Shown here piece by piece: positions 30,343-40,700 of a DNA stretch of 64,000 bases. A program made the translations under genes and the position numbers. Each line of letters opens with the position of its first letter. The stretch's first letter is position 1. This stretch comes from a virus: the IMG/VR virus record IMGVR_UViG_3300045921_000146, positions 1 through 64,000 of that record; one strand, given 5' to 3'. Under the pieces are notes generated by a model. It made no database searches and was not told the DNA's origin. It saw only the letters and a program-made list of their open reading frames with translations.

Positions 30343-30684
30343 TTACACGGTTTTAGAAATATTATTACGATAATCGCCCATACCAATAACTGCTCCCGTA
30401 TAGAACAGCAAGAATTCGTTAATGTCGATAGCATCAGTACGGCTATTGATACGACTATTCTTAATGTCGTTACGGATTAAGTTATAAACTGAACGAAGTT
30501 TTCTGCCTAAGCCTACATTACGAGTAGCGTCCGAACTAGTCAAAAAACGGACCACCTGATTTACAGTAAGTGTGCGGTGGTTGTTTGTAGAATCTCCGAT
30601 AATACTCTTTACTTCTTGAGGGTCCAGACCTACGATTGTATTGGCCAGTTGCTCGTAAAAATTAATATATTTTGGTGCGCTCAT
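30343..30684 (-). CDS. Hypothetical protein
   Basis: GGAGG RBS; TAATG coupling. Confidence 0.65.
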   Translation of the reverse strand: MSAPKYINFYEQLANTIVGLDPQEVKSIIGDSTNNHRTLTVNQVVRFLTSSDATRNVGLGRKLRSVYNLIRNDIKNSRINSRTDAIDINEFLLFYTGAVIGMGDYRNNISKTV

Positions 30685-31262
30685 TATTTATCCTCCTTTT
30701 TATAGATTTCAAATAAGCTTCTTTTCATTCTATTTTTCTTGGTTACTCCAAGAATTTCTAACTTCTTCTCTAAAGTTTCTAACTCTTCTTTTAATTTGTC
30801 AACTGAAATATTTTTTAGGCTATCTTTATTTACTTCGACCTCTAAATACCTACCAATCTCTTTCATATTTTCGTCATACACAGTATAATATACCATATTA
30901 GTATTCTCAAACCAGTATATAAAACAAGACTTGTAGATTTTAAAGTTCTTAACGTACCCATCCAGACCTACGTAAGTCGTGACAAGTTTTTCGTTAATTC
31001 TGGAGCTATCCAAAGGTAAGTCAATCTCAATGCGTTCCCAATTATTAGCCTGCCTAGTCTTTACTTTTTTAGTAAGTTCGGGAGTATCAGACTCTCTGTA
31101 CCGTTGAAAGGCTCCTTCCACTCCAGGCTTGGTGAAATATACGTCCCAAGAACTTACGTCTATCTTTTTTACGGGGTTTAGCTCGTCTGCCAGCTTCATA
31201 AAATCTGTAAGCTTTACGTCACTAGCTTCGTACTTATACTCTAGTTCTAGATACTCGTTCAT
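30684..31262 (-). CDS. CYTH-domain triphosphatase/adenylate cyclase-like protein
   Basis: N-terminal ExExK (ELEYK); DVYF, RYRE, ELTKK and YLEVE. Confidence 0.8.
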   Translation of the reverse strand: MNEYLELEYKYEASDVKLTDFMKLADELNPVKKIDVSSWDVYFTKPGVEGAFQRYRESDTPELTKKVKTRQANNWERIEIDLPLDSSRINEKLVTTYVGLDGYVKNFKIYKSCFIYWFENTNMVYYTVYDENMKEIGRYLEVEVNKDSLKNISVDKLKEELETLEKKLEILGVTKKNRMKRSLFEIYKKEDK

Positions 31263-31789
31263 CTTAGCCTCTTGTTAAGATCCTTTGAATAAGCCTTCAA
31301 GCTTTCTTTAGTTGTAGGTCTTTGATAAGGATACATAATATCGTGTCGGTTGTCAATATGTTCGTAACCGAAACAATGTAAATATTCGTGAATTAAAGTT
31401 CTTATAAATCTGTCGCTAGAAGAAGTTCGGGCTCTAGATATAGTTATGTCGCAGGAGCCCCATTTTACGTGCGCTAAACCATTCAAGTATACCCCATCTA
31501 CTGCGAACTCGTTCTGAATAAAATCGTCAATATAAGTTATAGTAATAGGTCTCCAACCTAAGCCAGGTATTTTACTATTGCTACCATCAGCGGCGTGAAA
31601 ATCTCCTAAAACTTGTAAAGTACTCGTTATTTCTTGAGGGCTACCTTTTACGTCAGATAGGTAACTAAATCTTCCTGTAGTGTGTTTAATTATCGTTAAG
31701 TAGTTAAAAGATAAATACCCCACTATTAGTGGTACAAACTGTATAAATAATATAAATCGTAGGTATAAACCAATTATATTTTTATTCAT
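31259..31789 (-). CDS. Membrane-anchored metzincin (matrixin-like) metalloprotease
   Basis: HEYLHCFGYEH plus Met-turn IMYP; N-terminal TM. Confidence 0.8.
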   Translation of the reverse strand: MNKNIIGLYLRFILFIQFVPLIVGYLSFNYLTIIKHTTGRFSYLSDVKGSPQEITSTLQVLGDFHAADGSNSKIPGLGWRPITITYIDDFIQNEFAVDGVYLNGLAHVKWGSCDITISRARTSSSDRFIRTLIHEYLHCFGYEHIDNRHDIMYPYQRPTTKESLKAYSKDLNKRLR

Positions 31790-34068
31790 TAATGAGACTC
31801 CTTTAGATTGTAGGCTATTTGAGGTTCTGCAATTAGTGGCACAGAAATCTTTGTAGTATTTTCCATACAATCTCTCATAATATTTTTAGCTAATTCTGCG
31901 TGTTCTTCTTTTACTACAGATACTATCTGATCGTGGATCTGTAACGCTACGTAACCTTCTACGCCTTGAGCTTTAAACTGCCTAGTTATGGCTAACATAG
32001 CTCTATTAACAATATGGGCAGCTAGACCTTGAATCTTAAAGTTCTTAGCGTTATTAAGACTATTTTTAAACTTTCTACGAACTTCAGTTTGGTTCATTTT
32101 TTGAGCCCATTTAAAATCTAATACATTGTCACCGTATAATGTGTAGATAGCTCTACAATCTTTTAAGTGTCTAATACGGCCAAATTCTGTAGCTACGAAA
32201 CCTTTCTTTTTAGCTTCTTGATTACAAATAGCCATATATTTTTTAAGATTGGGATAAGCGTTCAGATAAGCTTTTACGATTTTATCCGCCTCTTGATAAG
32301 AAGTTTTCATCTCTTGAGAAATTCTGGAAGCTTCTGCCCCATAAGGAACAGACAAGCAGAACACCTTAGCCTTATGCCGAAATTCGGGGTAAACTTTTTT
32401 CAGGTAATTTTCGTGTTTAGGGTCGGCGCTAATATCTTGCAATTTGAAAACATCTATAGCGATTCTAGAATATAAGTCCTCACCTTTACGGAAAACTCCT
32501 CTAAGCCCTTCGTCGTTACTCATGTGAGCAAAGGCTCTTGGCTCTAAGGCCGAGTAGTCTGCGTCCACTAGAACGTGGTTTTTGGGCGCTACAAAGCCTT
32601 CTCTAATTGAGTTAGTGTACTTTAAAACTATAGGGTGCATCCCAGAGTCTTCTTCTCTAGGTCTTGGTAGGTTTTGTAAATTGGGGTCTCGACTACTAAA
32701 TCTGCCGGAGGTAGTACCAAATTGTAGCATAGAAGTATAAATTACTCCGTCTACTTGACGACCTAAAATGCCCTCTACATAAGTGGACTGCAACTTGTTA
32801 AGTTTCTTGTAAATGTGCAACTTTTCAGCAATAGTATCTCTTTGGGCCGCCAGTTCAATAAACTTATCGTCAACTTTAGGTTTACCTTTTTCTGTTTTGT
32901 CTATAGGTCGTAAACCTTTAATGTTAAAAAATAGTTCAATCAAGTGGTCGTTAGATTTAAAATTAAATACTCGATCTGATCCGTATTTGTTCTTCCAAAG
33001 GTTCATCTGAACTTTTTCTTTTAAGTCATAGTCGTATTGTTTGGCTACCTCATCAAAAGTAGTCAAACCTAGTACCCACTCATAAAAAGTTTGAAATTGA
33101 GGGGTAACTTTTAGTTGCTGTTCTACCGCCTTCTTAGCTAAAGTTTCTTTGCCGCTCTTTTTATTTACGGGGAGGGGCGCACCCAAACACTCGGCTACTA
33201 CTTTAGGGAAGTTACCCGAGTTATTAACTGCAAATTCTTTTTCTAGTAGAGCATTTTCAAATTGAACTACTTGCTGTTTCGCTTCAGCATACATAGCGTC
33301 TTCTAATTTTGTTAGTTCGTGAGATATCTCTTCGTGTAGTTTTTGAAAATGTTCAACGTCTACACTAAATCCTCTACGCTTCATAACTATAGTACATTCT
33401 CTATACACAGGCATGATTTCGTCGTGGTAGAATAACTGCTCAAGACCTTCTTCTTGTAGTTTTTTTGAATACAAGTCGTACAGAAGTTTAGTTAGGATTA
33501 CGTCCCAACAACAATAAGTACCTAAAGTTTTAGTACTAGCAAGGTACATATCTTTATTTTCTTTGGTCCACTTACCGCCAGCGGCTAACACTTCGTTTTT
33601 TAATTCGTCTTGGGCGTTATCTGCCCATTCGCCCAGCTCTCTAACCGCTATCTCTTTAAGGCCAAATGGCGGCTCCTCATCTACAGTATGTTTCATTAGA
33701 ATAGTGTCAGCTTTGATGTGTAAGTCGAGAACCGCTCCCCCATTTCTGCTGTAGACAATACAATCGTAAACAATATTGTGACCAATAACTCCACGAGAAA
33801 TGAGAGTATTATCTAACCATTTAATAATAGAAGATTCTTCGGAGGTTGACCAAAACTTAGATCCGTCTGGATTTCTAATGGGGATGTAGAAAGCTTTTTG
33901 ATCGGTAAAGCAAATACCTATTCCGAACAAGTCTGCTTTTACTTCTTCAACGCTATTAGTTTCAACGTCAAATACTACAGGTAGTTGCGGATCTGTGGCA
34001 GCTTCATAAGACTTTAGTCGCTCAAACAACGACCAGTTAGTAATTAAGTATGTTTGGAAACTGTGCAT
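31789..34068 (-). CDS. polA: Family A DNA polymerase with 3'-5' exonuclease
   Basis: FDVET, GHNIVYD, TTSGRFSS.PNLQN, DADYSALE, KAKVFCLSVPYG and QIHD motifs. Confidence 0.95.
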   Translation of the reverse strand: MHSFQTYLITNWSLFERLKSYEAATDPQLPVVFDVETNSVEEVKADLFGIGICFTDQKAFYIPIRNPDGSKFWSTSEESSIIKWLDNTLISRGVIGHNIVYDCIVYSRNGGAVLDLHIKADTILMKHTVDEEPPFGLKEIAVRELGEWADNAQDELKNEVLAAGGKWTKENKDMYLASTKTLGTYCCWDVILTKLLYDLYSKKLQEEGLEQLFYHDEIMPVYRECTIVMKRRGFSVDVEHFQKLHEEISHELTKLEDAMYAEAKQQVVQFENALLEKEFAVNNSGNFPKVVAECLGAPLPVNKKSGKETLAKKAVEQQLKVTPQFQTFYEWVLGLTTFDEVAKQYDYDLKEKVQMNLWKNKYGSDRVFNFKSNDHLIELFFNIKGLRPIDKTEKGKPKVDDKFIELAAQRDTIAEKLHIYKKLNKLQSTYVEGILGRQVDGVIYTSMLQFGTTSGRFSSRDPNLQNLPRPREEDSGMHPIVLKYTNSIREGFVAPKNHVLVDADYSALEPRAFAHMSNDEGLRGVFRKGEDLYSRIAIDVFKLQDISADPKHENYLKKVYPEFRHKAKVFCLSVPYGAEASRISQEMKTSYQEADKIVKAYLNAYPNLKKYMAICNQEAKKKGFVATEFGRIRHLKDCRAIYTLYGDNVLDFKWAQKMNQTEVRRKFKNSLNNAKNFKIQGLAAHIVNRAMLAITRQFKAQGVEGYVALQIHDQIVSVVKEEHAELAKNIMRDCMENTTKISVPLIAEPQIAYNLKESH

Positions 34069-34325
34069 CTAGACCTCGGATAATAAATATACTTAAGTAT
34101 AACCAAAATAAACAACGTGTTCAAGGTTAAATTAAAAAATATTACCGGATCTAGTCCGTGAGTAAAATAAATATAAGGCATAGTGAATATCTCACCAGCC
34201 AACCAAATCCACATAAAAGGTCTAGAAATGCCTTCTCCGTGGCCCTGCTTGTAACATAAGTACGCTTGTGGTAAACTGCATACAGCGAAGCATATGGCCC
34301 CTAACCAACCTATAACCTCAATCAT
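34044..34325 (-). CDS. PQ-loop/SemiSWEET-like 3-TM protein
   Basis: IGWLGAICFAVCSLPQAY..GEGIS..GE; three TM helices. Confidence 0.8.
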   Translation of the reverse strand: MIEVIGWLGAICFAVCSLPQAYLCYKQGHGEGISRPFMWIWLAGEIFTMPYIYFTHGLDPVIFFNLTLNTLFILVILKYIYYPRSRCTVSKHT

Positions 34326-35121
34326 TAGAAGTATCTCCAGCATTAGGGATGTCTAAAGGCTCAATAACTAATCTATCGTCTTCTGGCTCAGGCTTAATTT
34401 CTCTAATAACTATTTCCATTTTCTTGGGTGCTGCGCCAATTCTTCCTAGAAGCTTGTCAGCAAGCCTCGTAAGTTTTTTCTGGTCCACTTGTTGAGTAAG
34501 GTGGTGTTGTCTAATTTTCCTCAAAGTGCCTCGTTTTTTTGGGTGGACTATTCTGTCAGCCAGTCCCAACTGCACACATTCTTCAGCACTCAAAAACAAA
34601 TCTCTCTTGCAGGCTTCGTGCCAAAAGTTTTTAGGCATACGAGAATTATCTTCAAATATTTGCTCCATCTTTTCTTGCTGGTAACCAGATTCTTCTATGT
34701 TAATTTTGGTATCTAACATTGTACCAGACATCTCAGTACTAACAGCATGAATCATAACTCTACTATTAGGGTAAAGATATCTTTCATCGCAGCCACACAT
34801 AATAATTGTAGCTGCGCTCATAATAGCACCTTTACCATAAAACTTAATTTGACAACTACTATTTTGAATAACATCATACAAAGCCAGCATAGGGTAGATA
34901 TCCCCTCCGTAAGAATTCATGTGAATTTCTATAGGAGTTTTTGGTCTATCTTGAGACATTCTTTCTATGGCTCTTATAGCAAATTCAACAGAGTTTTGAG
35001 TTACGTCTCCGATATCCTCACTGTCGGAAGATAAAAGATGAGTTCCAAAATGAATCTTCCTATTTAGTTCGTCTATTCCATAAACTAAATAATTTTCTAA
35101 CTCTGTCTTAGCTCTAGACAT
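34318..35121 (-). CDS. ClpP-like protease (cytoplasmic)
   Basis: MNSYGGD, MSAA, MIH and RDLFLSAEEC..GLAD. Confidence 0.85.
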   Translation of the reverse strand: MSRAKTELENYLVYGIDELNRKIHFGTHLLSSDSEDIGDVTQNSVEFAIRAIERMSQDRPKTPIEIHMNSYGGDIYPMLALYDVIQNSSCQIKFYGKGAIMSAATIIMCGCDERYLYPNSRVMIHAVSTEMSGTMLDTKINIEESGYQQEKMEQIFEDNSRMPKNFWHEACKRDLFLSAEECVQLGLADRIVHPKKRGTLRKIRQHHLTQQVDQKKLTRLADKLLGRIGAAPKKMEIVIREIKPEPEDDRLVIEPLDIPNAGDTSND

Positions 35122-35125
35122 ATAA

Positions 35126-35752
35126 CTACTCTGTTAGTTGTTTTAATTTCGCTTTCATTTTTAAATAAACTTCAGCACACAACTTAGCGTCTTCTGCGGC
35201 TGTGTGCAAATTTCTATTGGTAACATCAATGCCAAGACTCAAGGCTAGTTTTTGTAGTCCTGAACCTTTAACATTAATATTGTTGTTGGATAATAGACCA
35301 ACATCAGCAAAAAACAGACCTAAACTTGCAGTATCTAGTATCTTATAGCTAACTATGTCATGTAAGCCTGACAAGTTATTTCTACTCATAGCAGCTTCAA
35401 TAAATTTTATATCGAAGGCTACGTTTTGTCCACAAAAATGTAAGGGTCCGTCTACTTTACTTCTCATATCCAACAACCAGTCACAAAATTCTTCGATAAC
35501 AATTTTCTCTTCCTGTTGAATAAAGTCTCTTTCTACGGCGTCCATTCTAGGCTTTCTCAGAGAAAGTTTGTTTACCGCTAGAGCACCTAAACTTACAGTA
35601 AGTCCGGCAGCTTGTTGTTTTCTCATAGAAACGGCAGCATTATAATTACTTACTAACTCGTCGTCGCAATACAAGTAGGCGGCCAGCTCTACTATACCGT
35701 TACATTTACTATCAATCCCAGTAGTTTCGGTATCAATAAAAATAATATTCAT
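35126..35752 (-). CDS. DEDDh 3'-5' exonuclease (DnaQ-like)
   Basis: IDTETTG, GQNVAFD and HTAAED. Confidence 0.88.
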   Translation of the reverse strand: MNIIFIDTETTGIDSKCNGIVELAAYLYCDDELVSNYNAAVSMRKQQAAGLTVSLGALAVNKLSLRKPRMDAVERDFIQQEEKIVIEEFCDWLLDMRSKVDGPLHFCGQNVAFDIKFIEAAMSRNNLSGLHDIVSYKILDTASLGLFFADVGLLSNNNINVKGSGLQKLALSLGIDVTNRNLHTAAEDAKLCAEVYLKMKAKLKQLTE

Positions 35753-36073
35753 TTATTCCTCACTAGGCTTACTAAGTTCTTTATAAATTCTAAAAGATGG
35801 ACGTTTAGAATTAGGTTCTTCCTTTTTATTTGGAAAAGCAATAAAACTAACGGTAACTTTACCTTCGTTGTCAAGACTAGAATCTTCAATTAACTTTAGT
35901 AATTCAGACTTTGGAATTTTAAATCTAATATTCATATACTTAGATTGACTCTTAGTAGTGTTCTCCCAAATTGCGCCAACTTCGGGTCTTTCTGACCGTT
36001 TCTTTTGGATGTCTTCATAACTGCCCTCTTGTTTGGGGCCCAGGCTCACTCCAAATGTAGGTTTATTTACCAT
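35753..36073 (-). CDS. Small putative ssDNA-binding (DUF736-like) protein
   Basis: VGAIWE..KYM..FPNK..KRPSFRIY. Confidence 0.5.
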   Translation of the reverse strand: MVNKPTFGVSLGPKQEGSYEDIQKKRSERPEVGAIWENTTKSQSKYMNIRFKIPKSELLKLIEDSSLDNEGKVTVSFIAFPNKKEEPNSKRPSFRIYKELSKPSEE

Positions 36074-36530
36074 TTAATACCTCCTTAATTACAGTATTAA
36101 TATCATTAAATACAACATCAGCCAAGGGCACTTGAAAAAACAACTCACCCTTATAAACGTATTTATTCGGTACTTCCACTAGAGGAGAAGCGAGTAAAGT
36201 TTTATCCTTAATAACTAAATAATCCGTTTGATCTTCATTGAACATTACAAATAAAGTCGGAACTTCTAGTCCAGTAAATTTTTTCTTTCTTTCTGGAATT
36301 TGAACACTGTCGTATTTAAAGTTTGACCCTTTCCAAACTTTCTTAATTTCAGTTTCTATGTTTAGAACGTGTTGTCCTTTATTATATACTAAAAGATCCA
36401 CACCAGTCTTTTTAGAATTTTCCTCAATCTTAAACTTACGTTTATCAATAATTTTCCTGACGGTAGACTTGGCTAGTTCGTCATTTATTCTATAGAGTTC
36501 TGGGTCAAATCTTTTTCTTATACTTGACAT
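36063..36530 (-). CDS. PD-(D/E)XK nuclease-like protein
   Basis: GVDLL..ETEIKKVW..RKKKF. Confidence 0.6.
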   Translation of the reverse strand: MSSIRKRFDPELYRINDELAKSTVRKIIDKRKFKIEENSKKTGVDLLVYNKGQHVLNIETEIKKVWKGSNFKYDSVQIPERKKKFTGLEVPTLFVMFNEDQTDYLVIKDKTLLASPLVEVPNKYVYKGELFFQVPLADVVFNDINTVIKEVLNGK

Positions 36531-36549
36531 TTATCCTCACTTCCTTAAC

Positions 36550-37770
36550 TTAATCTTTTTCCGGTCGGAATCTGCAAAAGCTTGGATGCCTGAGCGAACC
36601 ATCTGGAGTCTTTTCAAAATACCTGATCTCAACTGTCTTGCCGATAAAGTCATTTGGTGATTCGGCCATTTCTTTTCTAGTAATATCATCAAAGCCAGTA
36701 CCAACACGAACGGAGACACCAGCATTATCAACAACCACACCGCCTGCCATACCTTTAAACTTACCTTCTCCCTCATATATATCAGTGATAACTAAATCCA
36801 GTGTAGTGTAAGGCTTTAGTTTAACCATCTCTCCTGTGGATAGCGTGACCCGTTTCCATTGATAGGAACCATTCACATTCTTTATCATAACTCCTTCATA
36901 ACCTTCTTGCAAATACTTTTTATATATCTCCAACGCCTCGCCTGGAGTGTCACATTCATGGCTAGGAGTGTCTATAATCTTAGCATAATCACATATAGTA
37001 TCATTTAATAGTTCTCTAGCTCTGTTTAATCTAGTTTTATAGCTAGGAGTTTTACTTTGTTTGAACCAAGAGTCCTCGCCTACACAATCATAAACGTAAT
37101 ACTTTAAATTATTAGGTAATTTAGCATCTTCTGCATTAAGAATCTTAGTTAAAGAGTTGAAGTTTATGCCGTGGACGTATAATTCTCCGTCAAGCACATA
37201 ACCTTTAACTGATTCCAAGCTATTAAAGTAAGGTTGTAAATTTTTATTTCCGAATGGTTTACCTGCCCTACTAAACAACTTACCTTTGATGTAAAGGCAT
37301 CTATAACCGTCTAATTTAGGTTGAACTACACAAGGGTAATGTACCGAAGCCAGGTCTGGAATTTTGTTAGGGGCTAACATTAAGTCGAATTTTGGTACTA
37401 GGTTGGGCCAAACTTTATTTATAGTTTTAGCACCTACACCTATGGAGGATTTAGATATGACCTTAGCAAACAACTTGGCGTATTCTTCAGGTTGACTCTC
37501 AAGAAAATCTTTAACTTCTTTCTTAGCTTCATTACCCACTAAGGTTTTTTTGCTTAATTTTTCGCATAATTGGAAAAATTTTTTAAAGCATACGACCCCG
37601 CTTTTATTAAGCTCAAAGTCGGGTAGCTTATTCATATGAAATAGGGTGTAAGGGTCTAGTGCTAGTTTTAGGACTAGCTTAAAATTTTCATTGTCTGAGT
37701 TTAATTTCAATATCTCAGCTTTTCGTACTACGGAGTTTGTGGCTTCGAGTTCTTGGAATATCTGATACAC
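36550..37770 (-). CDS. ATP-dependent DNA ligase
   Basis: QPKLDGYR, LDGEL, EGVMIK, VGTGF and SLRHP motifs. Confidence 0.93.
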   Translation of the reverse strand: MYQIFQELEATNSVVRKAEILKLNSDNENFKLVLKLALDPYTLFHMNKLPDFELNKSGVVCFKKFFQLCEKLSKKTLVGNEAKKEVKDFLESQPEEYAKLFAKVISKSSIGVGAKTINKVWPNLVPKFDLMLAPNKIPDLASVHYPCVVQPKLDGYRCLYIKGKLFSRAGKPFGNKNLQPYFNSLESVKGYVLDGELYVHGINFNSLTKILNAEDAKLPNNLKYYVYDCVGEDSWFKQSKTPSYKTRLNRARELLNDTICDYAKIIDTPSHECDTPGEALEIYKKYLQEGYEGVMIKNVNGSYQWKRVTLSTGEMVKLKPYTTLDLVITDIYEGEGKFKGMAGGVVVDNAGVSVRVGTGFDDITRKEMAESPNDFIGKTVEIRYFEKTPDGSLRHPSFCRFRPEKD

Positions 37771-37771
37771 A

Positions 37772-40700
37772 TTAGCCTCCTGTCTTGGCTGCGTACTTAG
37801 ACTTTAGATACTCCTTCTCCTCTTTTTGCCCTCTAGTCTCTTCATATAGAGCCAGCTCATCTTCATCCATGTCTCTAATAATACCTTTAGAACCATCCCA
37901 ATGCAAAACTTGCTCTAATTGTTGCCCCATACGGTTTTTAGCTAGGTAAAGTCGCATAACATCGTCTCGTACAGGGTCGCCCTCAAAAGGCCGCCACACA
38001 GTAACCACATTCGTTGCAGACTCTTCCCAGTCTCCAGACTCCTTAGCGGCTCTCTTAGTTCTTAGAGGAGTACAACTGTCCCCTACTTGGCGAGATACTT
38101 GAGAGATATACAACCAAGCAGCATTAGTGTCCACAGCTACTCCAGTAGAGCCTAGAGCGTTAGCTCTGGCCTGAGAGTAGGAATCCTTAAACTCCCCAGT
38201 AATACGAGAAGCATAGTCTACTAGCACTAATTTTACATCTACACCATTCTTATCTTGAATGTCTAGTACCTTGTCTCGCATTTGTTGAAGGGTCAACGTA
38301 CTATTAAAGTCAAAGAACGTCATTCCGTATTTTTCAGCAATAACGGCTCGAATTTCATCCATCTTGTCTTTCTGTCTAGTTTGAAAGATATGAAGAATCT
38401 GTTTTTGGCTATAGTTAGTCAACTTTTGAGCTAATTTTAGGTACACAAGATTTTGATGCATATCTAAACTAAAAAATACGGTATGTTGACCTAGAGCATT
38501 GGCTCTTTCCATTATATTTAGCCCTAGAGTAGTCTTACCACTATTATGAGTTATAGTGAAATCTTCAAGTAGGTATAAATTATCTCCGTCAACGTGGAAA
38601 CCAAAATACTCTTCTTGCTCTGCTACTTTGTGTACTTGGAATCCAGTCTTTAAGACATCTTTAGTATGCTGCCGTTTAGTAGCTTTTTTTCTATGCAGCT
38701 TAGTAGGTATCTCACTAACGTCTCCGCTAATACTGACTTTATAATATAAACCAGATTTACCAGTTTGACTAGATTTCGTACACGGAGTCAAATAAGCGGC
38801 GAAACCTAAGCTTCTGCTCAGAAAAACTATATCTTCAGCTAAAGTTTTTCTTTTTTGAATTATATCAAAGCAATTAGTATTTAAATGTCCATCAGTATCC
38901 AATAGACCTGCCAGCAATTCTAGTCTTTGATGTCTACTAGCCGTCTTAAAATCGTGTGGAATGTGTTTATTATTAACTAGACCATAAAATCTCAAATTAT
39001 TTAAAAATTTTGCGGTTTTGCTAGAGACTGAGTAGTTGGTAATTGTATTTTTAACGGGTTGTTCTGCAAACTGTAAACCTTGGGAATGACAGTACTGTTT
39101 TACATAGTCTATAAGTTCTCTGTCTAGGAAAGTAAATGTTGATCCCGAAGAGTGTCCATCTCCCAACCAGATACCTAACATATAAGGGTCTACCTTAAGT
39201 TCTTTTTCTGGAAAATCTACACCAGTTCTAACTAGTTTTCTACCAGTATTTTTTGAAGTTTGTCTTCGTGCCAACAATTCATTAATAGTTAAATGTTGCC
39301 AATTATTGTGCGAGTTTAAATGACTCAACACATGATTACCATTTACGTAAAATGCGGAGCCTTTTACAGGAGTCACTTTATACATGGCATCTATTCCACG
39401 GCAAAGTTGTAATACTGTCCTAGGTTTAGAATCTGGCCCCATAAGTTTGTCATTAATTTCAATGTCCTCTACTTTCTTAATTGTACCATCGTACATCAAA
39501 ACTTTCTCACCTTTTCGATGGCAGCCCGATGCTCCCACAATAAGAGTAGTAGTGCCTACGGAAATATTCATATTCTTATCAATAAACTCAATACCTGTTC
39601 TAACACTATTGCGATCAAAATTTTCTGCGAAGTTTCTGAAGTTATCAAAAACATCACTAATTTGAACAGGTTCGTCTCTTTTAGTAGACGACGTGTGTAG
39701 GGAGCATTTTTTTTCAGTAAATCGGTCACAGGCTAGGCAGTATTTCTTCAAAAGAGAGTTTTCGGCATCTGTGCCTGTAGCTCCAGGTACTTGTTTCCAA
39801 GTATCACTATAAACGCTATTAATTACCGTATTCCATATTTCTTCTTTCGTGACTGGACCTGACTCAGGGTATAATCTAAAGTTTTCTCTAGCAACACCTT
39901 TAAGAGTGTTGTAGCAGACTTCTTTAGTCATACCTTGATTGCGATAGTAAGCCGCTAAACGAAAGAACAAGTGATTTCTTTCTCCTGGAGCCATAACTCC
40001 ATGAGACAGCGCATAAAGGCATCTAGGCATACCTTTGGGCATTTTAGAAAAGTCAATCTGATCTAGTCCTCTAATTCCATCGACATCTTCTACATCAACT
40101 TCTACTGGTTTAGCTAGGGGCGAAAAACTGCCTTCGTACTTCTTTAGGAAGTCTAAATTTTTTACTGGAGTAAGTTCATACTCTGGATATTCTACTGGAG
40201 TTTTAGCTTTATCTCTAATTTGTTCTACAGAGAGATTAAGAATGTCGTCTGGAGAAATTTCAATTTTATACAATCCAGACTCTTGGTGTTTAGTATTAAC
40301 TAAACGGATAAGTCTGGTAGTATTATAGACTGAGGTATCAAAAGTTTTTAAATCTACAGCAAGATTAGCGCATATAGGTTTAAGTTCTTCTGGTTTGAAG
40401 TGTCGGTCTACTAAGACTTCTACATGAAAACCTTTATTGCCGGAAAAGAACACTCGGCAAGAATTAGCTACATCAACACCCTCATTAGCCAGCCTTTCAA
40501 GTAAAGTGCAAGCGTCATCTTTAGCTTGTTCAGGGTCTAATTTGCTATCGAAGTCAAAAAGAAGTCTGTTAGTGTAAGCAGACCCCTTATAACCTTTCAT
40601 GGACTGATGCGTGTCCCAGTGAGTTTTTGCGTCAGATCCGTAGTAGTAGAGTGAAGAGTACCAATCTTTATTAGTGTTTCCGATCTTTTGTAATAGCTTA

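Noticed and set aside
30068-30373. ORFs 30068-30373 (+) and 30075-30263 (-)
   Set aside because: They overlap recA and the structured RNA, lack an RBS and have atypical composition.
36063-36090. KEVLNGK as another copy of the C-terminal tag (similarly ThyX AEVLCGS and 25318 NEALLGE)
   Set aside because: KEVLNGK is fully explained by the next gene's AAGGAGGT RBS plus ATG. The other two lack the aromatic residue and overlap RBS regions.
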